64,000 nucleotides of DNA, taken from the NCBI GenBank assembly GCA_965227295.1, contig OZ245742.1:608001-672000 (forward strand). The letters run 5' to 3'. Source of the stretch: Leptonemataceae bacterium (GTDB taxonomy: Bacteria > Spirochaetota > Leptospiria > Leptospirales > Leptonemataceae). The first letter of the stretch is position 1. Every line of letters starts with the position of its first letter. The notes beneath the pieces are model-generated. The model made no database searches, had not been told where the DNA came from, and saw only the letters and a list, made by a program, of their open reading frames with translations. A program made the position numbers and the translations under genes. Below are positions 9,792-19,741 of this stretch, one piece after another.

Positions 9792-10604
9792 ATGAGCGAA
9801 ATCACACCGGCCCTCCTCCTCTACGTATTCACATTCGTATTCTTACTCGTCACCGTTCGGTACCTGGTGCTCGCGGGACTCACGTATACGATCTTCTGGA
9901 AGTTCCTCAAAGAACGCCTGCATCACCGGCGCATTCAGCAGAAGTTTCCGAACGCGTCGAAGTTGTGGGCCGAGTTCAAGTGGTCCTTCGCCACGTTCGT
10001 AATTTTCGCTTTGATGGGCGTGGGCATGCACATCTTACGTAAGGCCGGCTACACGCAAAACTACGCAAACATCGCAGACTACGGCTGGGGCTACTGGTTC
10101 TTCAGCATCGCCCTCATGGCGGTGATGCACGACGCCTACTTCTACTGGACGCATCGGTTCATGCATCTGAAGTCCGTGTTCAAGTACGTTCATCGCGTGC
10201 ACCACGAATCCTCGAATCCCTCACCCTGGGCGGCGTTCTCGTTTCATCCCATCGAGGCGGCGATCGAGTTCGGCATTGTCATCGTCATCGCGCTCACGAT
10301 TCCCTATCACGTCTCGGCGATGATCGTATTCTTTACCTACATGACGCTCATGAACGTCCTCGGCCACCTGGGTTACGAAATCTTCCCGCGCGGTTTCACG
10401 CAGAGCCGCTGGACCTGGTGGCACAACACGTCGACGCACCACAACCTGCATCATTCTAAATCTAACTGCAACTATGGTTTGTACTTCAACTGGTGGGACT
10501 ACATGATGGGCACGAACCATCGCAACTACCACGCGACGTTCGAAGAAGTGAAGGCACGCCCGCGGCCGGCGCGGGAGGCGGCCGGATTGATCGCGGCGAA
10601 GTAA
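9792..10604 (+). CDS. Sterol desaturase / fatty acid hydroxylase family protein
   Basis: His boxes HDAYFYWTHRFMH, HRVHH, GHLG, HHNLHH and the NYGLYF.WWD motif. Confidence 0.92.
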   Translation: MSEITPALLLYVFTFVFLLVTVRYLVLAGLTYTIFWKFLKERLHHRRIQQKFPNASKLWAEFKWSFATFVIFALMGVGMHILRKAGYTQNYANIADYGWGYWFFSIALMAVMHDAYFYWTHRFMHLKSVFKYVHRVHHESSNPSPWAAFSFHPIEAAIEFGIVIVIALTIPYHVSAMIVFFTYMTLMNVLGHLGYEIFPRGFTQSRWTWWHNTSTHHNLHHSKSNCNYGLYFNWWDYMMGTNHRNYHATFEEVKARPRPAREAAGLIAAK

Positions 10605-10742
10605 GAGTTCCTACAACGCCGTATTTGCGCAGTTTTCTGCGTACAGTGCTTGATTTGCTCGCCAGGTGCGGTATGATCCGCCGCCATCTGAACTGTCATA
10701 TCGACGACGTATACGACGGTGAGGCCCGGGAAGCCGAAGCGC

Positions 10743-12000
10743 TCAGCACTTAATGCAGTACATCATCGCCACGTTACGCGGGCGAGTTTCGGATCCGGTG
10801 CGCGGAGTACCATTGCTGCCGTCGTTGACCGCGCCGCCCGTAGGGATTGCTGCATTCGGCCCAAAGGTCCAGTCCGCACCACCGTAACCGATTCCCTGCT
10901 GAAACGGAGCCGTGCTGTTCTGAAACCGCGCCGCGTGATAGTGTCCCTGAAACTGATCCAGCTGCACCGAGGCGAAGGCGCGCCCACCGTCCACTCCTCG
11001 GCCGTGGTCCCAGCCGCGGACGAACTCACCGCGCAGATCCGGAATGTTGAATGTGCTGGAACCGTCGCCGGTACCAAAGCGCTCGCCGATGCGAGCAAAC
11101 AACCGCGAATATGCCGTGCGGTCCAGCGCCCGGCCGTCGCACTCCAGCCAGCCCTGGGGCGCGACGTCCGTAGCGAAGGCGTTGACGGAACCCGTAAAGT
11201 CACCCTCACGAAAGGTTAGCGGCGGTTGCAGTTTCGCGATGTAGACCTGGGCGAAGATTTCCTGGCTGCCGTCGTTGGTACCGACCCCCAGGCCGGCGCT
11301 GGCATGGGTCTCTTCAGTATAGTGCTGTAGCTCGAATTCCTTCGTAGCGTTCAATACGATCACGCCCTGCCCGTAGGCCAGCATGGACGACTCCCCATGC
11401 GGCGCAAATGTTGAGTGACCGAAAACGGCCGTCACATCGTCCGTAACATTCTGTAAACGTAGCTTAGATCGCCCGGTACGATGACTGTGAGCGGTCATCT
11501 GCACGCGATACGTCCCGGCGGCCATCGTAATCCGATTATTGGTCAGAGATATGCCGTTCAGATTCGTCTGAATCGTATTCAGCGTGCGCAGGTTCCAGGT
11601 ATTCGCGACGGAACCACCGCCGCCACCGCCCGGCACACGGTGTTCGATCACCGCAAAACCGCGTTCGTCCTCGTCGACGTTATCCTCGCGGATCTTCATG
11701 ATCCACACGACCGTCATGTTCACCGGGCGGGTCTCGGAAGTCGTTCGCGGGGTGTCGCCGCTGCCCAGAGGAGTCGTGCCGTCGATACCCGGATGCGAGT
11801 ACCGGCCACCGGCGTTGCTCGTTTTTGCGAGATCGAGGCCGGCCGCAGACGAATCGAAGCCGTAGAGTGTCGTCGTGAAACTGTGCGAGTGCGCCTGGAA
11901 GTTGTCGTCCTCAAACGCACCCGACGACGTACCACCCCGCAAAAACGCGCCGGCAGTGTTCCAGGATTCTTTGGGATTGTTGAGGTCGGGCACTACCTGC
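10743..12000 (-). pseudogene. C-terminal, out-of-frame part of the tail-fibre gene: collar-like module 2, a beta-rich domain, and a canonical phage tail-collar domain
   Basis: PQGWLECDGRALDRTAYSRLFARIGERFGTGDGSSTFNIPDLRGEFVRG...ETRPRNVAMMYCIK is a phage tail collar domain. The recognisable sequence begins mid-module (QVVPDLNNP) and has no credible start of its own. Confidence 0.7.
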
Positions 12001-15000
12001 GTGCGCCCCCGAAACGGTAATCGGATACGCCGGATCGAAATGCGTTCCCGCATGTTTATAGACATTATGAATATGCCCCTGAAACTCATCACCCTGCACG
12101 TCGCCGCTGCTCGTGCTGCCGCGTAAAAACGAACCGCCCGCGTTCCAGGCGTTCAGCGGATTGTTTAAGTTCGGCAACGTTTTGCCGAAGAACGGCGAGT
12201 CCTCGTCGTCGCAGACCTGACCGTTGCACTCGGCCCAACCGTCCGGCAGAGCGGGCACGGAGCCGTCGTAGTTCTTATGCCACGCGATGATCGTGCCGAG
12301 CGGTAAGTTTGCCCCGCCGGATATTAAGGACGACCCGCCTCCGGCCGTCGTCTGCACCGTGCCGTCGGGGAACTTGATCCCGCCGGCCGTCGTGTGAATC
12401 ACGCCGTTGACGGTGAAGGCCTCGTCGGGACTCGAAGTACCGATGCCCACGTTGCCGCTGCCGTTCTGCACGTAGATGATCGTGCGTTCGCTCACCGGCA
12501 GCGTTTCCTCGACGCCGGGCACCACGTTCGGAGCCGTCACTGCAAAGCGCCGCACGTATTCGAAGCCGGGCCGATCTACCGTAACGTAACCGTAGTTCGC
12601 GTACAAGGCCCGGACCTGCGCATCGTCCAAAGCCGTCCCATAAACCCGCGCTTCTTCGAGCAGGCCGTGGAAAAAATCGTCACCGGCAGTGGAGTTCGCA
12701 CCCAACGTTCGTTGCACGTTCATGGAAAACGATTCCGCGCGCGGCGTCACACTGGCCGGCGTAAACGTATCCGCCAGACGCACGCCGTTGATGTAGGCGC
12801 GCAGCAGAGCGCCGTCGCGTACGAAGACGAAGTGCGCCCAATTGCCCACCGGCGAAGTCACCGGCGTCGCGTATTCCGTGGATTGGCCGTCGCTGTAACC
12901 CAGGAAATAGGCCGCGCGAATTTCACCGGCGACGTTGCGCATCATCAACGCCGGGCCGGATTGATCGAGACCGCGCATATCAAACAACACCGGACTCGCA
13001 CTCAACGATTGAAAGCGCGCCCAAATCGAAAGCGTGAAGTCGTTCACGGACGCCGGACTCGCCGCCGCAGGCAACAACACGTGATCGTCGATGCCGTCGA
13101 AACTCAACGCCTGGCCGAAAAGACCGGCCACGCGACTCGCGCCGTTGTTGATGCTGCCGTCGCTGCCGGTGCCGGAAAGATCGACCAACGTTGTACCGGT
13201 ATCAGCCTTCATCGTGTACGCGCCGATCACGTCAGCGTGCACGTCGACGAAGGTCGCCGCGGCCGACGACTGCGATTCCGCCGCGGGATTGCCGTAATAC
13301 ATGTAGACGACGCGCGAGCCCGACGCCGCCACTACCGGCACACGCAGCCAGATGCGCGTGCTCGCCGTATTCAGGCCGCCCTCGATCCAGTGCGGCAACG
13401 CCGTACTCTCATCGCTGTCGAGAAAAAGCAAATCCCCGCCGTCGGAGCGCAGTTTGCCCGCGGCGATCAAGGTCGTGGTGTCCAGCGTTAAGATGATTTG
13501 ATAGTCTGCCAGCGGCGATGTATGGCTGCTATTGTCGATGTTCACCGGAACGCGATAGGCCCGTCCGGCCACGCCCTGGACCTGCGCGTCCACGCGCAAC
13601 GGTACGTCGCCGATGTCGTCGCTGCGAACGCGCACACCGTCGGCGAACTCCACCACGCCGGATGAGTTCCCCGAGCGCACGTTGCCCGCGATGGTCAGCG
13701 TGTCGCCGTCCTCGTTGCCGAGATTCACGTCACCCTCCACGTGCTCGGCGTCCTTCGCGATGACGTCGCCGCGCACGATGAAGTCGCCCGTGACCTCCAG
13801 GTTGCCGTCGATGATATCGCCGGAACGGTTCACCTTGCCCGCCGCCAGCGCATCCAGCGCGCCCTGAACGTTTGCTTCGCCCTCCAGGTCGCCGCCGGAA
13901 ACGGCCGCGTAGTCCGTCGCGACGGCATCGCTACGATGCGCCGAAAAACGAACCGTGTCACCGAGGTCGTTGCCGTCGTCGTCCAGCAACCGCGCTTCCG
14001 CCGTCTGGGTGAAATTCAGGTCCGCGCCGTTCTGCCAGATACACGCGGCGTAACCCTCCGCATCCGCGACGACATCGACGCTGCTGCCCGTGTTGGCCGT
14101 GTTCGATGCGTCTTCTAAGTTTCCACCACCGGAAGTTACAGTAAAACGCACGCGCGCGGCCGGCACCCCGTGACGCCCCGCCGCCACACGTACACGGAGC
14201 TGCTCTGCCAGCCGGCCGGCCGGCATGGCGCCCTGGCCGTCGCCGCCGGCGTACTCCAGGACGGCCTCACCCAGCGCGGGGAAGATGTGCCGCGCATCCG
14301 CCGTCACGGACCAACCGCCGGCCGTGCGCTCCAAGAACGCCAGGCGCGCGTACCGGTGTACGATGCCGTCAGATTCCACGGCCACCGGCAGACCGCTGAC
14401 TTCATCGTGCTCCCATTCGATGTTGCGCGACACGGTACGTGCGGGAATGAGCCAGTAATCCCCGGCACGGAATTCCCGGGACGGGTCGTTCTCGAAGCGA
14501 AGTTCCAGGCCATCTTCCAATTCGAAGGCGTTGCCGTCCGATGGGATAAGCACGGCGCCGGCGGGCCCATGCAAATCCCACGGCCGCACGCGGCGGACGC
14601 CCCGAGAAAAATCGTTAATAGTCAGCGATGTTATGTTAGAATCAAAGTGTTCGTAACTGTTCGGATCGAGCACCAGAACCCGGTCCTGCACGGAGGCAAT
14701 GCGCGCCAGAGTGCCCGGGCGCCCTTCGAGTTCCATACCCTCGTCGATCAGTTCGATCCACTGGCCGGCTCGATAGCTCAGCGAAGCGTCCCGGCCGCTC
14801 GAACTCACCGTAACGGCGTCGCCGTCTTGCGCGACCCAGCGTGTCACGAAGGCCGCGTTCTGGCGCGACCATTTAAACGTCGCCACACCCGCCGGGCCGC
14901 TACGATGAACCTCCACGCGATACAGGCGATTCTCCGCACCGGAGTAACCGCCGCTTGCACCGATGATACACGGATCTCCGGTACTACCGTCCGCCCGGGT

Positions 15001-15567
15001 TTGCGCCGTCAGCCGTCCGGAGCGACGATCCCGCAGTTGTTCCCATTCCGCCGGACTGCTGCGAGCATCGTACTGGCCGGCGGTTAGTAACAGTAACTTA
15101 ATCTGCGATATAGTTTGCGAACGCGTGGAAGTATCGAGGCCGTTCAGCGCTATGTCGCGCATGGACGGCTCTTCGACGACGCTGAGCGAACGCGACCACA
15201 CATCCAGGTATGCAAGATAGGGCCCATCGATTCGGGGAAGTTCGGCCACCGGCTGGAACTCCTGCTCCGTGATGAAACTTTCCGCGAAATTCTCCACCAG
15301 GACTCCGTCGACATAGAACCGGCCGGCCGAAACGGAAAGATCGACCTGCCCGTAGCCGTTCGTCACCGGACTGACGGCGAAGCCCGGCGCGGCCGCCGGA
15401 GCACCGACCGCACCGATCGTGTCCACGAGACCGCGATTTCTTAAGTGTGATTGAATATCAGCTTGTTCGTTCCAGTCAGAATCACTGAGCACGCGGCCCT
15501 GCTGTAGACGCACGGCCGTGTACTGTCTGGAAGTTCGGTAGGAGTCCCGGGAAATGTCGCCGTTCAT
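11911..15567 (-). CDS. DUF6519-type tail-fibre/adhesin protein (DUF6519, Ig-like, DUF2341, LamG, collar-like module); frame broken near 12000
   Basis: MNGDISR...QQGRVLSDSDWNEQ and GYSGAENRLYRVEVH...ATFKWSRQN (DUF6519); IWLRVP...YMYYGNP (DUF2341); ALSFDGIDDHV...WAHFVFV...YING (LamG); GTIIAWHK...PDGWAECNG (collar-like). Confidence 0.8.
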   Translation of the reverse strand: MNGDISRDSYRTSRQYTAVRLQQGRVLSDSDWNEQADIQSHLRNRGLVDTIGAVGAPAAAPGFAVSPVTNGYGQVDLSVSAGRFYVDGVLVENFAESFITEQEFQPVAELPRIDGPYLAYLDVWSRSLSVVEEPSMRDIALNGLDTSTRSQTISQIKLLLLTAGQYDARSSPAEWEQLRDRRSGRLTAQTRADGSTGDPCIIGASGGYSGAENRLYRVEVHRSGPAGVATFKWSRQNAAFVTRWVAQDGDAVTVSSSGRDASLSYRAGQWIELIDEGMELEGRPGTLARIASVQDRVLVLDPNSYEHFDSNITSLTINDFSRGVRRVRPWDLHGPAGAVLIPSDGNAFELEDGLELRFENDPSREFRAGDYWLIPARTVSRNIEWEHDEVSGLPVAVESDGIVHRYARLAFLERTAGGWSVTADARHIFPALGEAVLEYAGGDGQGAMPAGRLAEQLRVRVAAGRHGVPAARVRFTVTSGGGNLEDASNTANTGSSVDVVADAEGYAACIWQNGADLNFTQTAEARLLDDDGNDLGDTVRFSAHRSDAVATDYAAVSGGDLEGEANVQGALDALAAGKVNRSGDIIDGNLEVTGDFIVRGDVIAKDAEHVEGDVNLGNEDGDTLTIAGNVRSGNSSGVVEFADGVRVRSDDIGDVPLRVDAQVQGVAGRAYRVPVNIDNSSHTSPLADYQIILTLDTTTLIAAGKLRSDGGDLLFLDSDESTALPHWIEGGLNTASTRIWLRVPVVAASGSRVVYMYYGNPAAESQSSAAATFVDVHADVIGAYTMKADTGTTLVDLSGTGSDGSINNGASRVAGLFGQALSFDGIDDHVLLPAAASPASVNDFTLSIWARFQSLSASPVLFDMRGLDQSGPALMMRNVAGEIRAAYFLGYSDGQSTEYATPVTSPVGNWAHFVFVRDGALLRAYINGVRLADTFTPASVTPRAESFSMNVQRTLGANSTAGDDFFHGLLEEARVYGTALDDAQVRALYANYGYVTVDRPGFEYVRRFAVTAPNVVPGVEETLPVSERTIIYVQNGSGNVGIGTSSPDEAFTVNGVIHTTAGGIKFPDGTVQTTAGGGSSLISGGANLPLGTIIAWHKNYDGSVPALPDGWAECNGQVCDDEDSPFFGKTLPNLNNPLNAWNAGGSFLRGSTSSGDVQGDEFQGHIHNVYKHAGTHFDPAYPITVSGAHAGSARPQQSQRILEHCRRVFAGWYVVGCV

Positions 15568-15659
15568 ACGACATACGTACTGCCGATGACCGATTCCGCA
15601 AACGTTTGACGGCTTACAACCGACTTTTCTGCGCTCCAGATTGCGGATTTGTCAGAGTC

Positions 15660-18173
15660 TTACCCTGACTCCCAGAAACCCTGCACCTGCTTCAATAATT
15701 GCTTGCGGCTTTCCGCCGATTGCATCTCATCCCGCCACATGCGCGGCATCTTTTCGACGTAACGCTCTTCCCGAAAGCGACGACCGAGCAAAATCACAAA
15801 ACCTCGATCACTTTCACTGCGAATCACACGACCGGCGGCCTGCACGGAACGCTGCATCCCCGGGAAGGTAAACGCAAAATCAAAACCGTCCCGGCCCTGA
15901 TTGTCGTAGTGTTCGCGAATCAACTGTCGTTCCACGTCGAACAACGGCAGGCCGGGACCCACCACGAAGGCCCCCGCGGCCATGTGCGCGGGAAAGTCGA
16001 CACCCTCGGCGAAGACGCCGCCGTGCACGGCAAACAGTAAGATCGTCTGAGCAGAAGTTAATCCGCCCGCACCGGTTTTCGCAGGATCGTTCGAGCGGAG
16101 CAGTTGCAGTACCATCTCGGCGGGCATGGCCGGGCTTTGCAAAATCAAACGGTAATCGCCGGCCGGAAGATGGGCGACAACCTCGTCCCGAAAAGCGAAC
16201 GAAGAAAAAAACGCGAGATAGTTTCCGGGACGCAGGGCCGCGATAGCGACGATGGTCTCCGCGATCTCCGGCGCGGACTCGCTGCGATGTTTGTAGACCG
16301 TGTCCACGTACGTCGCCGTAACAATGAGGCGATTCTCTTTCGGGAACGGCGACGGCAGTTCGAGGCGCAGCGCGTCCGGCAGACCGAGGCCGTGCGCGAA
16401 GAAATCGAACGGGGCCAGGGTGGCGCTCATGCACGTGGCGGCCAGGAAGCCGCCCATGCGCTCTCGCAAAAAAGGAGAAGCGTCCAGGCAAATCATCTCC
16501 AGCCGCGCCTCGGGTTGCCGGCGCCAGACCACGGCGAAGTACTCCGGATCCCGGCCCATGTTCCTGGAAAAATCGCGCAGCGCGAACAACGTCTCAAGCA
16601 AAGCATCACGATAACGCTTGCCTTCGAGATACCGAAAGCCGCCCGGCCCCTCAAGGCCGCCGCGATGTCCTTCGACGGCCAGATAACCGTAGTACTCAAA
16701 GAGCAAGCGCTCCACGTCGTTGCCCACGCGCTCAAAGAAGTCGGCGTCCGGACGCTCTACATAAAACGGCGACTCGTCCTGTTCTTCTTCGAAGACCAGC
16801 AATCGTTCGTAGAACTCGCTGCGGATTTCGCGCAACAAATCCGCGCAGCGCGCGAATACCGAATGCTCCGCGGGCGTGGAACCGAGGACGACGCGCCCTG
16901 CTTCTTCACAACGGGGAATCAAATCATCGTACTGTTGAATCTCCAGTACCGGCGAGTAGTAACCGCGCGCCCGCTCGGGAAGATTGTGCGCCTCATCCAC
17001 GATCAAAAAATCGGAGCCGCCGCTCGTCCCGCCGAAGAATCGCCGCAGGTGCACGCGCGGATCGAAGACGTAGTTGAAGTCCGCAATGATCACGCTGCTT
17101 TTCGAAGCCACGGCCAGCGAAAGTTCGAACGGGCACAGCTCCGTTTCGAGGGCCGCTGCCGTGATGCTGTCCGCGTCGGCCACCCCGCCCTCGGTTTCCA
17201 GCAAACGATCCACCACCCCGCTCGACTCTAACTTATCCTGAAAGTTTGTTAAATACGGACACAGACCCTGCACGCAGCGCATGATTTCCTGGGGACAGGA
17301 ACGTTCTTTGGCGCGCAGTTGCATGCCGACGCCGGTTTGCCCGCCGTCGTCGGTATTCCAGAACGAGCGCAACGTACTCACGGCGAGGTCCTGCTGAGAA
17401 ATCCGGGACGTTACGAAAAACAAGCGGCTGTTGTTTTGCAGCGCCGCACGACTCAGCGGGAATAACGCCGCCGCGGTTTTGCCGACACCGGTGGGCGCCT
17501 GGCACAGCATGTCCAATCCGTCCGCGGCCGCGCTCGCGAGGTCCCGCATCATCACGTCCTGGGATGCTCGCGTACGTTCGAAGGGAAAACGCAGCGACTC
17601 CGCGGCCCGCAATCGACTCTGCCGCAGACGCTCCTGTTCTTCGAGCCGGCGCACCGCCGCACGAATCCGCGCATCCAGCAAACGTTCAAAGTCGTCGCGA
17701 CGGTACGCGACTTCGCGGACGACACGCTCGCCGGTCACCAGGGAGACGTAGACCACGCGACCGCTCGCGACGCTGCCCGGTTCCTCGCGATCCAACAACA
17801 AACAATAGAGGCCGCACTGTTCTTCGTGAGAACGTTCCAGTTCGATGTTTTGCAGGGCCTCACCGGAAAGCGGCGTGCTCTTAACCTCTTCCACGGTGAC
17901 CGCGCTTTCGCTTTCGATCATGCCGTCCAGGCGACCCCGCACGATTATGTGATAACGATCTTCCCAGTCGAAACGATGCGACAACCACACCTCGGTGCGA
18001 TACGCCGTACCGAGTTCCGCAATTCGTTCGCGAAAATAATCGCGATGGGCACGATGTCCTTCCCGGGCCCGCTCCAGCACACTGAGCGACCAGTCGTCGC
18101 GCGGTTGCCTCTCGGGCGTTTCGATCAACTCACGAACGTAAAAACGCAGTTCCGGAAAGTCGGCCGCGGCCAT
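15660..18173 (-). CDS. Rad3/XPD/DinG-family Fe-S DNA helicase with N-terminal PD-(D/E)XK nuclease domain
   Basis: GRLDG...VEEVKST and QCGLY (nuclease); QAPTGVGKT; Cys cluster (CPQ..C..LCPY..LCPFE); DEAHN; GVFAEGVD; QAAGRVIRS. Confidence 0.9.
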   Translation of the reverse strand: MAAADFPELRFYVRELIETPERQPRDDWSLSVLERAREGHRAHRDYFRERIAELGTAYRTEVWLSHRFDWEDRYHIIVRGRLDGMIESESAVTVEEVKSTPLSGEALQNIELERSHEEQCGLYCLLLDREEPGSVASGRVVYVSLVTGERVVREVAYRRDDFERLLDARIRAAVRRLEEQERLRQSRLRAAESLRFPFERTRASQDVMMRDLASAAADGLDMLCQAPTGVGKTAAALFPLSRAALQNNSRLFFVTSRISQQDLAVSTLRSFWNTDDGGQTGVGMQLRAKERSCPQEIMRCVQGLCPYLTNFQDKLESSGVVDRLLETEGGVADADSITAAALETELCPFELSLAVASKSSVIIADFNYVFDPRVHLRRFFGGTSGGSDFLIVDEAHNLPERARGYYSPVLEIQQYDDLIPRCEEAGRVVLGSTPAEHSVFARCADLLREIRSEFYERLLVFEEEQDESPFYVERPDADFFERVGNDVERLLFEYYGYLAVEGHRGGLEGPGGFRYLEGKRYRDALLETLFALRDFSRNMGRDPEYFAVVWRRQPEARLEMICLDASPFLRERMGGFLAATCMSATLAPFDFFAHGLGLPDALRLELPSPFPKENRLIVTATYVDTVYKHRSESAPEIAETIVAIAALRPGNYLAFFSSFAFRDEVVAHLPAGDYRLILQSPAMPAEMVLQLLRSNDPAKTGAGGLTSAQTILLFAVHGGVFAEGVDFPAHMAAGAFVVGPGLPLFDVERQLIREHYDNQGRDGFDFAFTFPGMQRSVQAAGRVIRSESDRGFVILLGRRFREERYVEKMPRMWRDEMQSAESRKQLLKQVQGFWESG

Positions 18174-18257
18174 GCACAGACAGATCGCCCGATCCTCCGG
18201 GCACGTCGATTGTAAAAAAGCGTTTGCCGACCGTGCGGCGCGAAGCTGTCCTGAGTC

Positions 18258-18965
18258 ATGTTCGATACGAACGAAGCCGTGGAATCGCTGCGCATGTTCT
18301 TGCTCTACAACGGCGATCGACTCCTCGCGGAAAGCCTGCGTCACATTCTGATCGTTGCGTACAGTCTGCCCTTTGCCGTCCTGTGCGGCGCCGGCCTCGG
18401 CATGCTGGCCGCGGGGCGCCCCTGGTTCGCGCGTGTGCTACTGACCGCGGCCGGCATCATCATGACCATACCGGGACTGGCGCTCTTCGGATTCATGGTG
18501 GTGCTGCTCGCTCCCCTGGGGCTCGGCCTCGGCCCCGCGCCGGCGGTGGGCGCCATTACCCTGTATGCACTGCTGCCCATCTCCCGGAACACCATCACCG
18601 CGCTGAACTCCGTGGATCCCGGCATGATTCGTGCGGCCCGGGGCCTCGGCCTCTCCAAACGACAAATTTTACTTCAGGTAAAGTTACCGCTCTCCCTGCC
18701 TGTGATCATGGCGGGGATCCGCAACGCCCTGGTCCTGGGCGTCGGCGTGGCCGTGTTCGCTTTTCTCGTGGCCGGCGGCGGCCTGGGTTACTTCGTTTTC
18801 GTCGGGGTGAGCCGTTCGCACGTTCTCATGACGGCCTCCGGGGCGACCCTGGTCTCACTGCTGGGCATTCTACTAAACTACGCTCTTCTAAAGTTAGAGG
18901 ACGTCCTTACACCGCGAGGACTGAAGATCGCCGCGGCCCGCAACGGAGGGCGTCCCCTTGATTGA
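18258..18965 (+). CDS. Osmoprotectant (glycine betaine/choline) ABC transporter permease
   Basis: TIPGLAL...LYALLPI.RNT..AL..VDP..AARGLGLS...LPLSLPVIMAGIR. Confidence 0.9.
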   Translation: MFDTNEAVESLRMFLLYNGDRLLAESLRHILIVAYSLPFAVLCGAGLGMLAAGRPWFARVLLTAAGIIMTIPGLALFGFMVVLLAPLGLGLGPAPAVGAITLYALLPISRNTITALNSVDPGMIRAARGLGLSKRQILLQVKLPLSLPVIMAGIRNALVLGVGVAVFAFLVAGGGLGYFVFVGVSRSHVLMTASGATLVSLLGILLNYALLKLEDVLTPRGLKIAAARNGGRPLD

Positions 18966-19740
18966 GCTGCGTGACGTTCGCAAAGTTTTTCCCGCAAGCC
19001 GCAAGGGCGGCGAGCCCGCAACGGCCCTGGACGACGTGTCTCTGACCTTTGCGCCCGGCCGCATCCACGTACTCATCGGCCCGTCCGGCTGCGGCAAAAC
19101 CACGCTCCTGAAAAGCATCAATCGCCTCACGGAACCGGACGCGGGCACGATTCATATCGACGACATCAACGCCTTAGAGTACGATCCAGTAAAGTTACGC
19201 CGCAGCATCGGCTACGTCATCCAGGAGGTCGGCCTCTTTCCGCACTACGACGTCTTCGCGAACATTGCCGTGGTCCCGCGCCTGCTGGACTGGACGGAAG
19301 ATCGCATTCGGGAACGCGTCCGCGAATTGTTGGACCTCATGAACCTCGACGCCTCATCTTACGCGCACAAGTACCCGGCGCAGCTCTCCGGCGGAGAAAG
19401 CCAGCGCGTCGGCCTCGCCCGCGCCCTCGCCGCCGATCCGAAGATTCTCCTGATGGACGAGGCCTTCGCCGCCATCGATCCCATCAATCGCCTGGCGTTA
19501 CACGAAGCCTTTCTCGATATTCAGCGCAAGCTGCAAAAGACCATCGTCATGGTGAGTCATGACATGGGCGAGGCCTTTCGCCTGGGAGATCGCATCGCGG
19601 TAATGAATGCAGGACGCGTGGTGCAATTCGCCGAACCGCGGGAGTTGCTCGACGCACCGGTGAACGACTTCGTCGCCGAACTGTTGCGCGGCGACCTGGA
19701 TTTGCGCGGCATCCTCGCGAGAAAAGAGGGACCGCGCTGA
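18958..19740 (+). CDS. Osmoprotectant ABC transporter ATP-binding protein
   Basis: GPSGCGKTT, LRRSIGYVIQEVGLFPH, LSGGESQRVG, LLMDEAF. Confidence 0.92.
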   Translation: MIELRDVRKVFPASRKGGEPATALDDVSLTFAPGRIHVLIGPSGCGKTTLLKSINRLTEPDAGTIHIDDINALEYDPVKLRRSIGYVIQEVGLFPHYDVFANIAVVPRLLDWTEDRIRERVRELLDLMNLDASSYAHKYPAQLSGGESQRVGLARALAADPKILLMDEAFAAIDPINRLALHEAFLDIQRKLQKTIVMVSHDMGEAFRLGDRIAVMNAGRVVQFAEPRELLDAPVNDFVAELLRGDLDLRGILARKEGPR

Positions 19741-19741
19741 C

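Noticed and set aside
10743-15567. Prophage or diversity-generating retroelement around the fibre gene
   Set aside because: No integrase, capsid, terminase or reverse transcriptase in the window. The collar repeats differ at all base types, not adenine-specifically.
15660-18173. Cas4/DinG as part of a type IV CRISPR system
   Set aside because: No repeat-spacer array or other cas genes were seen in the window.
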